A DNA stretch of 64,000 nt, from assembly GCF_001194135.2 (NCBI RefSeq), contig NC_068982.1, forward strand, positions 110,476,746-110,540,745, read 5' to 3'. The position numbers were made by a program, and so were the translations under genes. This DNA comes from Octopus bimaculoides (lineage: Eukaryota). The notes beneath the pieces were generated by a model. It made no database searches and had not been told where the DNA came from. It saw nothing but the letters and a program-made list of their open reading frames with translations. Positions 51,705-64,000 of the stretch are shown piece after piece (the stretch's first letter is position 1; every line of letters starts with the position of its first letter).

Positions 51705-53809
51705 TAGATGTTGCACTATATTCCTGGAAGAAACATTTTACACCTTCTACCTAAGATCTTATCAAGAGATTCGAAGTGAATCATTCTTCCAAAGTCTCTA
51801 TGTGTACATGCCTATATGTGTAATCCAGGTAGATCATTAATTTAAATTTAGTTTAGTACAAGGTCTATACTTAGTCATCTTCAAGACCAGTTTCTGTTTT
51901 GTCAACATAACTCCTAATTATATGGAAACAGGAAGTGTATAGTAATTTGAATTGATTTTTAGTATACTAGCATATCTGCTAGTATTACTAATGATAGAAA
52001 ATGGCACATTAAAACTATGAGAGAAACCATTGGTACATGTCAGCTGTTGAGTAAATATATGTACATACAGAGAAGTGAAGCACTTTGACCATCAGATATA
52101 GTTGTAACATTTTAGTTGAAAATATTATCATCCACATAATAAATGAAACATCCACTTTTCCATACTTGCAAGGTTCAGAGATTCTGTTCAGATGGATACT
52201 CTTCCGGTCACCAACCCTCATCTGTTCCAAGAAAGGTTATATTTCACCATGCTCAGATATGTTTTCGTTGAATATTGGAAACAAAGGACACTGCTTGCAT
52301 AACAGTCACACACACACACGTATATTATATATATGTGTATATATGTATATGTATATATTTAATTTCATGTGTGTGTGTGTGCTTTAAAATTTGCAGTATT
52401 TTATTCAAATACTGGCTACTTGCAGGAAAGTAAAACTTTTTACTACACTTTGCCTGAATTTAGTATCTCATACTGTCACTCACTCCTACTCTGTTGCTTT
52501 AGTTTCTCTTTTACCTGTGTGACTGACAGGACATATTACATTTTATTAATGTAAGATTACTGGTACTTACTTCATCAACTCTGGTGGAATTTGAACTTGA
52601 GCAATTAAGTGGGGGTAGCCAAATATCACAAAATATTTCATCTAGTGCATCACTAATTATACTCTTCTTTAGTAAATATTGTAATTTACAATGGTTTGAT
52701 TATTAATTAAAATTGTAATCATATATCTCGAAGAAATGAAGATGACATGACTGTTTGAAATATAGAATGGTTAATTTGAAATGATTAATTAGAATCATGA
52801 ACAATGTACAATACCTTTTCTGGTAAAATCTGCCACAAATTAACTAAATATTACAGTTTTAATGAAATCAAATTGAACAGGTAAACAAAACAATTTAAAA
52901 AAAAACTGGTGTCATTTCAGCCATAATTAGGTTGGCAAAAATATCCTAGACTGCATCTAAAAGGGAGCCGGCTGATTGATAAGGATTCTTTCATCAACAC
53001 GCTTCAATACTTATGTTACAGCTGTACTGTCTTCTCACTCAGCTTTTACTGATGGTACTATAACAGTCCTTACTCCTCAAAGTTAATTTGTTGCACATCA
53101 CATCCACCCAAGCCCACCTGTCTTTCTCTTCATTTTTTTCTGCATAGGCATTGATTTGCAGATTTTGAAACCAAATATCAGCAACATCAATCTGAGCAGA
53201 TTTGGAGGGTCTAAAAATATCAAAAATGCAGCCTCTTCCTCCTGATGCTACAAAATATTAAATTACCATTTTTATAGATGCAGACATGGTGGTTGGGTGG
53301 TAAGAAGTTTTCTTCCCAACCACATGGTCTCAGGTTCAGTCCCACTGAGTGGAACCTTGAGCAAGAGTGCTCTACTATAGCTCCAGGTTAATCAAAGCCT
53401 TAGGAATGGATTTGAGAGACAGAAACTGAAAGAAGCCTGTCATCTTGTCATGTATATATATATGAAAGAAAAGGATTTTGAGAAGTCAGCCTACAGTCAC
53501 TGATATCCTGCAGGATTGCTAACAGGGCTTGAACTAGCATTTAGGAATGACTAATGAATCATAGGTTACTACTCTGACTTCCCTTCCTAAATCCAAACCT
53601 TAAAAAAAACAAAAGTGAAAATTACACTCCTGTTCCTCTCAACATTAACTGTTTGACATTTCCTTTGCACCCATTTGACCTACAGATGTTCAAATATTTT
53701 AAGGTGGCACTAGAAAGTTATGGGCACAAATCTTTCCCTCGTGACTAGACTTATAAAAAAAAAAAGAAGAGACTGGAATTATTCATCATAGATCTAATAT
53801 ATTCATTAA

Positions 53810-55184
53810 CTAGCTGAATTACCTGGCATTGCTTGGGATACTGCTGTTCTTATTGAGATTAGTAAACAATTAATATGCAGATATATTTTTTCTCATAATT
53901 ATTTCAAGATATCTATATTTTATTAAAAATATATAAAAATTGTAACAATAATAGAATTTAGAACTGAAAATCTGTCAATCTTAAAGCACCTTAGGGTAAA
54001 CAATATTCATTGGGAAATTTTTTGTTGGTGTCCAAATGAATAAATTGTTGCTGCTAAATGGAACATCTGTAGGTATGAGAGGAAATTTCGGAATAAAGAC
54101 ATTTTCTTCTTTGTGACTACCTGTTATGATTGCTGCCTGTAGGACATGGGGCTTCATGGAAATAACAATTAAGTGAGTTCTATTACAGAGATGAGGTAAG
54201 TCAAGGTTCTTAAGCAACATAAAGGGAGCATCCAGCTTTAGTGTCAAGTTATGCAGTGGCATCCCAGTAGGATTAAGTGTGTTCAGAAATTCAACAGGGT
54301 ATTGAACAGCCAGATTGTGATTGACTCTTGTGTGAATTGATAGAAAAGTCATTTCTGATGTATCTGTTAACATTTGAAGAAGTTCATGATTGAGTACATC
54401 AACCATTTTATTAGTTGGAGTCAGTATAGCTCTTTCACATAGCCAGGTTACATCAGTGTAATTGACAATTACACATACACTCACATACACATACACTCTC
54501 TCATACACTGACACATACACTCACGTACACATACTAAGACAGACACACAAACATACATTTATGTAACGAATGCACAAGCATACACTCACAGACACATACA
54601 CACTCATATACAAAATGTGTCATGGGGGTGGTATAAAATGTCCTTTACTATCTCATATGTAATGAACATGCAAAGACACACACACTCACAGACACATACA
54701 CACTTATATATAAAATTTGTGGTGGTGGTATAAAATGTCCTTTACTATGTCATATGTTACAAATGCACAAACACAAATACACTGACAGACACATACACAC
54801 TCATATACAAAATGTGTCCTCATCGTTGTTGTTGTGGTATAAATGTCCTCTAGTATCTTGTACATAAGGAAGGCACAAACACATATACACACTCACAGAT
54901 ACATACACATACATATACAAAATGTGTCGTCATCATCATTGTTGTGGTATAAAATGTCCTTTACTATCTCATACGTAACAAACGCACAAACACACACACA
55001 CTGAGAGACATATACACACTCATATACAAAATGTGTTGTCATCGTGATATAAAATGCCCTTTACTATGTCATACACAATGAATGTGCAAATACACACACA
55101 GACACACTCATATACAAAATGTGACGTCATCATCATCGTCATAGTGATATAAAATGTCCTTTACTATAGTTGACTATAGAAAGA
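53810..55184 (-). mobile_element. Internally deleted non-autonomous Helitron with RepHel helicase remnant
   Basis: RAILTPTN..YPVEFLNTLNPTGMPLHNLTLK..LCNRTHLIV..VFIPK..NIVYPKVL is the PIF1-like helicase C-terminus; 3' end is a degenerate hairpin + 8 nt + CTAG|T; candidate 5' A|TC at 55184. Confidence 0.85.
54545..55170. repeat. About 100-110-bp minisatellite (6+ units) inside the Helitron
   Basis: GGTATAAAATGTCCTTTACTA-like motif recurs at about 54630, 54727, 54836, 54946, 55045 and 55144. Confidence 0.85.
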
Positions 55185-56721
55185 TTATCTCTAGATAATG
55201 TTATATTTTAATTCAAATGAAAATAAAAATTACGTGTTGACACTCACAGAGTCTAATACTATTACCTTGTAAAATTTGATTTGATTTGGTGGAGCCATTT
55301 GAAAATGCATAGGGAACAGACAGACAGACAGAGAAACAAAGAGTTTTATATGCAGGGTTGGCCAAAAGTCACCTGACAGTAAATCAAAACCATTTAATTC
55401 CAAGATTTATTTATGTTTAACAACTGAATGAATTTAATAAAAGCATCTAAATATGAAACACCATGAAAATTGTTCNNNNNNNNNNNNNNNNNNNNNNNNN
55501 NNNNNNNNNNNNNNNNNNNNNNNNNNNNNNNNNNNNNNNNNNNNNNNNNNNNNNNNNNNNNNNNNNNNNNNNNNNNNNNNNNNNNNNNNNNNNNNNNNNN
55601 NNNNNNNNNNNNNNNNNNNNNNNNNNNNNNNNNNNNNNNNNNNNNNNNNNNNNNNNNNNNNNNNNNNNNNNNNNNNNNNNNNNNNNNNNNNNNNNNNNNN
55701 NNNNNNNNNNNNNNNNNNNNNNNNNNNNNNNNNNNNNNNNNNNNNNNNNNNNNNNNNNNNNNNNNNNNNNNNNNNNNNNNNNNNNNNNNNNNNNNNNNNN
55801 NNNNNNNNNNNNNNNNNNNNNNNNNNNNNNNNNNNNNNNNNNNNNNNNNNNNNNNNNNNNNNNNNNNNNNNNNNNNNNNNNNNNNNNNNNNNNNNNNNNN
55901 NNNNNNNNNNNNNNNCATTATGTTGTGCAGTGTTTCTCAACCATATTTTTTTACCTGTGGATCCCTTTGATTCTTATTTTACCCCGTGGGGTCCCCCATA
56001 AACCATTTGATGCTACAAATAAATCCTGTTATCTTTTTATAACTAAATATTATTAAAGTTGTATAAAAGATTGTTGAAATATATTACACAACAAAAAATG
56101 GAGAGAGAGAGAGAGAGGGAGAGAGAGAGAGGGAGAGAGAGAGAGAGGGGGAGAGAGAAGGTAAATGAATAAATGCAGGTGTCATTAACTATGTTGGATT
56201 TTTAAGTTATTAGTAATGGAGTCATGGAATGCCTAAGAATATTAGTGTTAACAAGTCTACTTGTTGAAAATAACTGGCCCTGAACTTAACCCAATTTCAT
56301 GCATGACTACATCTCTCCCCACCCGCCCTCAATCTAGCACTGTCTGACCATGGCTGGCAGTCTCTTCTTTCTATGAGTTTCTTGTCTGTTCTACCTTGTT
56401 GTTTAAAACCCATTATTATAATAAAGCAAATCAATGCTTGACTGATTTTCAATCAACAATTTTTGTTACATTAATGTACAGTTGTTCATTGGCTAGATTT
56501 TTGCTGATGTCATCACCCCCACCCAACAAGATGTTTTTAATTGATTTACATATTCCAAGCTGTTTCCAAATATTCTAACTGAATAAAAAAAATATTCAGG
56601 CTTGATTTGAGGTAGTAACTTAATAAGGCTAACTGAAACTTGAGAATGATCAAATCTGCATGCTCCTTGCTCTGACAGTATTTTGTGAGTGAGAGAGACA
56701 GAAAAAGAAAGGAAGAGAGAG

Positions 56722-56794
<73 letters not shown>

Positions 56795-59082
56795 AGAGGA
56801 GAAGGAGAACAACTCTGAGTTTACTAGATAGAGCTTGAACTTGGCTGAGAGTTACTGCTTTCTTCTTGGTTTTATAAACCAGTGAAATACAGTGAATGGC
56901 TAAAATTTCCCTTGGTTGCATGAAGGTTATTACAGTAGTTTTAGGGTGGTCCTGGTTTGTCTTCTGTTATAATCTCATTCATATCTAGAATGCATCATAG
57001 GAATATAAACTGCTCTTGTACATGACTAGTACATTATTCCATTGACTTTGGACGGTGAAGGTAGATGTGACCCTCACTGGATTTGAATGAATGAAGGGTC
57101 ATAACTAATACTGCAGGGAATTTTGTTTGCTGATCTACTGATTCAGCTAATCTATTTATTTTTGATGTTAAATTGAGGGAAATGCAGAAGTACATTATGT
57201 CAGATTTAGAAAACAGTTTTCTGATTTGGTAAAATGAGAGTTTGTTAAATCTGAGGCTTACTAATGGATATTTGCAATCAATTTCCCCTATCTAAAGATC
57301 TACTAAATACATAGATGTATGTTTTCTCTTGATCTAGGAACAGTGCTACTTGAATCAATCTCAGAATATTACTGGGACTTATCTATCTCAAAAGAAAGAA
57401 AGACAAGACCAATCCACATGAAACATGAACTCAGATAACAGAATAATGATATAAAGCTCTTTTGTGTTACTATTTTTGACAGCTAGCTAGTAAACACTTA
57501 AAAATTATCTCTAACTTTTACTAAAATAAAATCACAATTTAAAAGACATTATCTAATGTTATCATATGTTCATTAAGTGTATCTACAAGATAAAACATCC
57601 CGTTTTTAGCTTAGTAGATTGAACTTTAAAAAAAAATCTTTGTTACTTATTATGGAATAAAAAAAAAAAAATTATTACTAAATGTAAACACTGATAATAT
57701 TTGCTGTACTTTTCTCCAATCAGATTAATTCTTATCTGCATAAGTAGTTTATTTTCTGCTTCACAATATTGTTACTATTGTTGTTGTTCCCTGTGAATGG
57801 TCACGTTTCACAAAGCCTTGCACAGAAAATATTTCCTCTCTCTAAAAAAATAAAGCTACTTGCTATTCTTTTCACCAATAAAGGGTTTTGAGACATTTGA
57901 ACATCAAAGGAAAGGACTGCCTTTTGATATTTCTAAAGCAATTCTACATTTTGACAAGTCACCAACATTAGAGAAAATGCTTTGTGATATTTCTTTTGGC
58001 TTTTTGCACTCTGAGTTTAAATCCTGCCAAAGGCAACTTTGCCTTTCATCCTTCCAGGGTCAACAAAATAAAGAGTAAAGATACCAAATATGAATGTTTT
58101 CAAGTCAACCATACTAACTTCAACCTTGGAAGTGAAGCAGTGGCAGAAAATGAAAGCATTCTAGCAGCAGATACCAAACAAAATACATAATTATATGCAT
58201 TACTTCCATGTAGTAATTAAGATTAATTAAACTGGCTAATTAGTTACTGTTCTATTGCATATTTTATAAACATGAAATTCTAAAGTTGATTAAACTGACT
58301 TAATTACTATTTTATAGCATATTTGGTTTCCAGAGTAACAGTGATCATAGGTCTGAAGCAGGAGCAAATAAAACTGCCTTTTTCTTAGTGCCATCTGTAT
58401 CACAGGCTAATGATAACAGAGAAGCTGAGGTAAGGTTCTCTTTCAAGGATAGTACCAGCTGGAGTTACAATCAGCAGTCTTGTCATAATGGGGCAGGGGA
58501 TATGGAAACTGGAGAATAGTGGGAAACTACTAAGAAAGAATAAAGGGGATAACAAAAAGAATATACATACAAGGCAAGAAAGAGACAGGAAGTTCCTAAT
58601 GATGAGGTGCCTACTCTGTATTCCAAAAGGCAAACCAACCAAACTTAATAGTGATCCTAATGAAAACCAAATTGAATAATATGTTGACTGAGGGGATGGA
58701 GGCCAGTGGTTTATCAACCCTAAGCAATCATGTTCAGAAGGTATGGGATGCCTTCATGGTTCAGTTAAGGCTGAAATTGAAGAAGCTAATCAGTTGTGGA
58801 GTGTCATGATCCAACCTATATGATGGCTTCTCATTAGCAAACACTGAAAGACATTGTGATACATATTGTCTGAAGGTTGTACTCCAACGAATTTTGCATT
58901 GTTGATACAAATTTTGATCTCTGGATGATAAAGATATCCTGTCACAAGACCAGAGAATACTTCAACAAGTGATAAGTTGAATCAGACTTTTGAAAGGTCC
59001 TCAAACAAAGCATTTAAATTATGACTCATGACCTGATGATGTCTCTGTGTGTATGTGTACATACACACACATGCATTCATGC

Positions 59083-59145
<63 letters not shown>

Positions 59146-59148
<3 letters not shown>

Positions 59149-62100
59149 TCATCATCATCGTTTAACGTCCACTTTCCATGCTAGCATGGGTTGGACAATT
59201 TGACTGAGGACTGGCGAACCAGATGGCGGCACTAGGCTCCAATCTGATCTGACAGAGTGCCTGCAGCTGGATGCCCTTCCTAACGCCAACCACTCCGAGA
59301 GTGTAGTGGGTGCTTTTATGTGCCGCCAGCACGAGGTTCAGTCTGGTGGTACTGGCAACGGCCATGCTCAATTGGTGTCTTTTACATGCCACCTGCACAG
59401 GAGTCAGTCCAGCGGCACTGGCAACGACCTTGCTCGAATGTTTTGTTCACATGCCACCGGCACAAGTGCCAGTAAGGCGACACTAGTAATGATCATGCTC
59501 AAATGGTGCTTTTTACGTGCCACCGGCATGGAAGCCAGACAGCTGCTCTGGCTATGATCCCACTCGGATGGAGCTGTTAGCACTCCACTGGCACAGTCAT
59601 CGAATTTGGTTCAATTTTGATTTCACTTGCCCCAACAGGTCTTCACAAGCAAAGTTTAGTGTTCAATGAAGGAAGGTTGGCATGGATGCCAGTCATCGAA
59701 TTTGGTTCGATTTCGATTGCACTTGCCTCAACAGGTCTTCGCAAGCAGAGTTTTGTGTCCAAAGAAGGGAAGGTATGCATAAGTGGGCTGGCTACACCCC
59801 TGGTAAAGGTCATGGGTTATGGTCTCACTTGTCTTGCCGGGCCTTCTCACGCACAGCATATTTCCAAAGTCACTAGTCATTGCCTCGGTGAGGCCTAATG
59901 TTCGAAGGTTGTGCTTCACCACCTCATCCCAGGTCTTCTTGGGTCTACCTCTTCCACAGGTTCCCTCAACCGCTAGGGTGTGGCACTTTTTCACACAGCT
60001 ATCCTCATCCATTCTCACTACATCACCATACCAGTGAAATCATCTCTCTTGCACACCACAACTGATGCTTCATAAGTTCAACTTTTCTCTCAAGGTACTT
60101 ACACTATGTCTAGTATGCACACTGACATTACACATCCATTGGAGCATACTGGCTTCATTCCTTGCGAGCTTACGCATGTCCTCAGCAGTCACAGCCCATG
60201 TTTCACTGCCATGAAGCATGGCTGTTCATACACATGCGTCATACAGTCTGCCTTTTACTCTGAGTGAGAGGCCCCTTGTCACCAGCAGAGGTAAGAGCTC
60301 TCTGAACTTTGCCCAGGCTATTCTTATTCTAGCAGCTACACTTTCAGCGCATCCTCCCCCGCTACTGACTTGGTCATCTAGGTAACGGAAACTATCAACT
60401 ACTAGTTTTTCTCCTTCGAATGTGGCAGAAGTTGTTCTCTGCACATTTACAGTGTTTATTGCTCCTGAGCATCTGCCACATACAAAAACTATCTTCCCAG
60501 TTAGCCTTCTTTTGATATTGCTGTACCTCTTTTGTGTCCATATTTTACACTGGGTACATCTTATAGAGTTTCTACCTATGCCTTTTCTACTGACCGAGCA
60601 GAGCCATCTACCTGAAGGGGTTTGTGGTTTGTCTACCTTCCTACTTATTAGGACTTTGGTTTTAGCTAGGTTGACTCTAAGGCCCTTCGATTCTAATCCT
60701 TGCTTCCACACCTGAAACTTCTCCTCTAGTTCTGATTTAGAGCAAGGTCATTAGCATAGAGGAGCTCCCAGGGGCATCCTGTCTTGAATTCCTCTGTTAT
60801 TGCCTGGAAGACTATGATAAATAGGAGGGGGCTGAGGACTGAATCTTGGTGGACCCCAACCTCTACTCAGAATTCTTCACTGTACTCGTTGCCAACCCTC
60901 ACCTTACTGACGGCGTCCCTGTACATGGCTCACACAGCTCTCACTAACCATTCATCTATCCCTAGTTTCCTCATTGACCTCCAGATAAGGGATCGGGGGA
61001 CCCTGTTAAAGACTTTCTCCATGTCAGCGAAAGCCAGGTACAGAGGTTTATCTTTGGCTAGGTATTTCTCCTGCAGCTGTCTTACCAGAAATATAGCATC
61101 AGTCGTGCTTTTCCCTGGCACGAACCCAAACTGCATCTCATCTAAACTGACTCTCTCTCTAATTAGTTGGGCTATGACCCTCTCCGTGACCATCATTACT
61201 TGATCCAACAACTTGATACCTCTGTAATTATTCATATCTAAAGCGTCACCTTTACCTTTGTAGCAGTTGACTTTAGTGCTGCTACACCAGTCATTGGATA
61301 TGACTCTTTCGTGTATCACCTGGTTAACTATATAGGTGACTAGGCTATAGCTGACACTGCCAGATATTTTGAGCATCTCTGCAGTGATTCCTGATGGGCT
61401 GGGGGCTTTCTCTGTCTTCATATTCTTGATTGCTTTATCTACCAAGGTACTGTCAATTTGGATAGCTGGTCCCTCTGTTGTGTCAACATTCAGCAGACTC
61501 TTTCTCCCATTCATTCTCTTTATTGAGCAACCTTTCATAATGGCGTCTCCAAACCTCTCTCTTTGCAGCCTCGTTTAGTGCAAGTGAACCATCATCCATG
61601 CAGATACATTTCCCTCCTACGGCGTCACGATTCTCTCTCACACAGTCTTGCAACTCGAAATACTTCAAATCTTTGGTCCCCATGGTGGAGAACATTGGCA
61701 AATTTTTTCTCATCTGCTTCCCTTCTGGCTAAATAAACCTGTCTCCTAGCTTCCCTTCTGGCAGTCAGATACAATTCCCTACTATCTCTGTTCTTCCAAG
61801 CCTGTTTCTTTTGTCTAATAGCCCTGCCAACCACATTGTTCCACCACCACGTTACCTTGGGTTGAGAGGGGACTTTGCACCATCCACAAATCTGGTCAGT
61901 GGCTCTCAGCAGGTTGTCCCATAGAATCCTCCAGTTGTCTTCCACATTATGTGATGCTATATCCCGTTCTATTTCGGAGAAGGTTTTGAGTAATACATCT
62001 CTAAATCTTTGTCCATTTGCAGGATCTTTAAGCTTCCAGACCCTTCTCCTCCAAGTTGGTCTTCTTCTGGGCATCCATTTAGCCCTGATCCCGAAATCGT

Positions 62101-62613
62101 TAACTACTAATCTATGTTGAGGGGTTCATTCTTTGCCTGGGAAGGTTTTGGCATTTATAAGCAGCCCTCTTTCCCTTTTTCTGGCGAGGATGTAGTCAAT
62201 TTGGCTAGTGTGTCTGCCAGAACAGTAGGTGACTAGGTAACAGGCGAGTTTCCTGAAGTTGGTATTGCAAACCATGAGATCGTTTGCATCACAGAACTCC
62301 AGCAGTCTGGTTCCCTCCTCATTATGGGAGCCAAAGCTATAACCTCCATGTACGCCAAGGCAGCCCCCTGCATGTTGTCCAACATGTCCATTGAAGTCAC
62401 CAGCCACAAAGAGAAGGTCCCTGTCATTCGTCAACGAGGTAGTTTGCAATAGGGTGTCATAAAATCGGTTTTTCTGCCCATCCAGTAGCCCTGGTTGAGG
62501 GGAATAGGCCGAGATAATGATAGCTAACCTATGGTGAAGCACTAATCAAATCTAAATACTCTGTTATATACTCTGACTACCTCGATTACCTTATCAACCC
62601 ATTTCTCTGCAAG
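59146..62613 (-). mobile_element. Near full-length RTE-clade LINE (APE + RT + PHD finger), inactivated; 5' end in gap
   Basis: APE motifs SAYSPQ, GDFNGHVG, QIDYIL; RT motifs NYRGIKLL, QFGFVPGKSTTDAI, AFADMEK; YADD mutated to YAND; several frameshifts; repeat-containing 3' UTR and GAT tail against (TA)n. Confidence 0.95.
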
Positions 62614-63519
62614 NNNNNNNNNNNNNNNNNNNNNNNNNNNNNNNNNNNNNNNNNNNNNNNNNNNNNNNNNNNNNNNNNNNNNNNNNNNNNNNNNNNNNNN
62701 NNNNNNNNNNNNNNNNNNNNNNNNNNNNNNNNNNNNNNNNNNNNNNNNNNNNNNNNNNNNNNNNNNNNNNNNNNNNNNNNNNNNNNNNNNNNNNNNNNNN
62801 NNNNNNNNNNNNNNNNNNNNNNNNNNNNNNNNNNNNNNNNNNNNNNNNNNNNNNNNNNNNNNNNNNNNNNNNNNNNNNNNNNNNNNNNNNNNNNNNNNNN
62901 NNNNNNNNNNNNNNNNNNNNNNNNNNNNNNNNNNNNNNNNNNNNNNNNNNNNNNNNNNNNNNNNNNNNNNNNNNNNNNNNNNNNNNNNNNNNNNNNNNNN
63001 NNNNNNNNNNNNNNNNNNNNNNNNNNNNNNNNNNNNNNNNNNNNNNNNNNNNNNNNNNNNNNNNNNNNNNNNNNNNNNNNNNNNNNNNNNNNNNNNNNNN
63101 NNNNNNNNNNNNNNNNNNNNNNNNNNNNNNNNNNNNNNNNNNNNNNNNNNNNNNNNNNNNNNNNNNNNNNNNNNNNNNNNNNNNNNNNNNNNNNNNNNNN
63201 NNNNNNNNNNNNNNNNNNNNNNNNNNNNNNNNNNNNNNNNNNNNNNNNNNNNNNNNNNNNNNNNNNNNNNNNNNNNNNNNNNNNNNNNNNNNNNNNNNNN
63301 NNNNNNNNNNNNNNNNNNNNNNNNNNNNNNNNNNNNNNNNNNNNNNNNNNNNNNNNNNNNNNNNNNNNNNNNNNNNNNNNNNNNNNNNNNNNNNNNNNNN
63401 NNNNNNNNNNNNNNNNNNNNNNNNNNNNNNNNNNNNNNNNNNNNNNNNNNNNNNNNNNNNNNNNNNNNNNNNNNNNNNNNNNNNNNNNNNNNNNNNNNNN
63501 NGTGCAAATGAATACGTGT

Positions 63520-63925
63520 TTAGGGTTAGGGTTGGGGTTGGGATCGACCACTCACGACTGGCTGGCGCGGACGCGCGGCTGCGCGTTCGGGACCGTGCTG
63601 CTTTAGTAGTACCCTACATGTTCAGGTCGTACGAATAGCCTTCTCGCAACTTAGATGTGAAAATGAACGGCTTACATTTATATTGAAACAGAAAAAGGAT
63701 CATATGTGGAGTCCCCACCACGAAACTTGATATGCTAGAAATAACAGCTAAACGCGGACAATCCAAATCTTGCATTGGTCCAGATGGACTATAAGTAAAT
63801 AAATATGAAGGAGAAAATGCGCTTTGGCAAACGGGGTTAGGGTTAGGTTTTGAGTTAGGGTTCGGGTAAACCTAACCCTAACCCTGACCCTAACCTTAAC
63901 CCTAAACTTGACCCTAATCCTAACC
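63520..63925. repeat. Interstitial telomere-like repeats
   Basis: TTAGGG-type units at 63520-63543 and 63833-63867, CCCTAA-type units at 63871-63925. Confidence 0.85.
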
Positions 63926-64000
63926 AGATTTGGCTGTTATTTCTAGCATGTAAATAGCCTTCTTGGTGAGGGTGGGGGAATTGAAATTTTTCAAACAATT

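Noticed and set aside
53981-54520. 179-aa ORF as a host PIF1 helicase gene
   Set aside because: Intronless, internally deleted, and enclosed by Helitron termini.
54545-55170. Regularly spaced repeats with variable interiors, superficially CRISPR-like
   Set aside because: Eukaryotic context, no cas genes, and the interiors are homologous to each other; it is a minisatellite inside a Helitron.
55353-55475. Possible Tc1/mariner element starting CAGGGTTGGCCAAAAGTCACC
   Set aside because: Only one end is visible before a gap, so it cannot be delimited or classified.

Overview
AT-rich, microsatellite-rich animal genomic DNA with six N gaps (5951-5960, 25395-25743, 30608-31077, 44029-44038, 55476-55915, 62614-63501). 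The repeat landscape looks like a coleoid cephalopod, probably Octopus; this is inference from recalled repeat families, not a database result. Bases 214-25880 hold a 19-exon minus-strand DEAD-box RNA helicase gene, DDX10/Dbp4. I reconstructed it by hand: all visible junctions are GT-AG, exons 2-19 total 2340 nt in one frame, and the end of exon 1 is lost in a gap. I found no supportable second host gene in the remaining 38 kb. That part is a nest of decayed mobile elements: RTE LINEs with a PHD finger inside the RT region, CR1/L2-like and R4/Dong-like LINE fragments, several SINE families, a solo LTR, a mariner (DD34D), a Tc1 (DD34E), MITEs, two long foldback palindromes and a deleted Helitron. 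The most interesting observations are: (1) a 161-bp insertion stitched from three nearby templates; (2) a head-to-head TTAGGG/CCCTAA palindrome beside a CpG-rich patch; (3) an apparent intron in the Tc1 catalytic domain, with TIRs that overlap the ORF end; (4) the RT-embedded PHD finger; (5) RTE tails repeatedly abutting (TA)n tracts. None of these demonstrates a new biological system from sequence alone.
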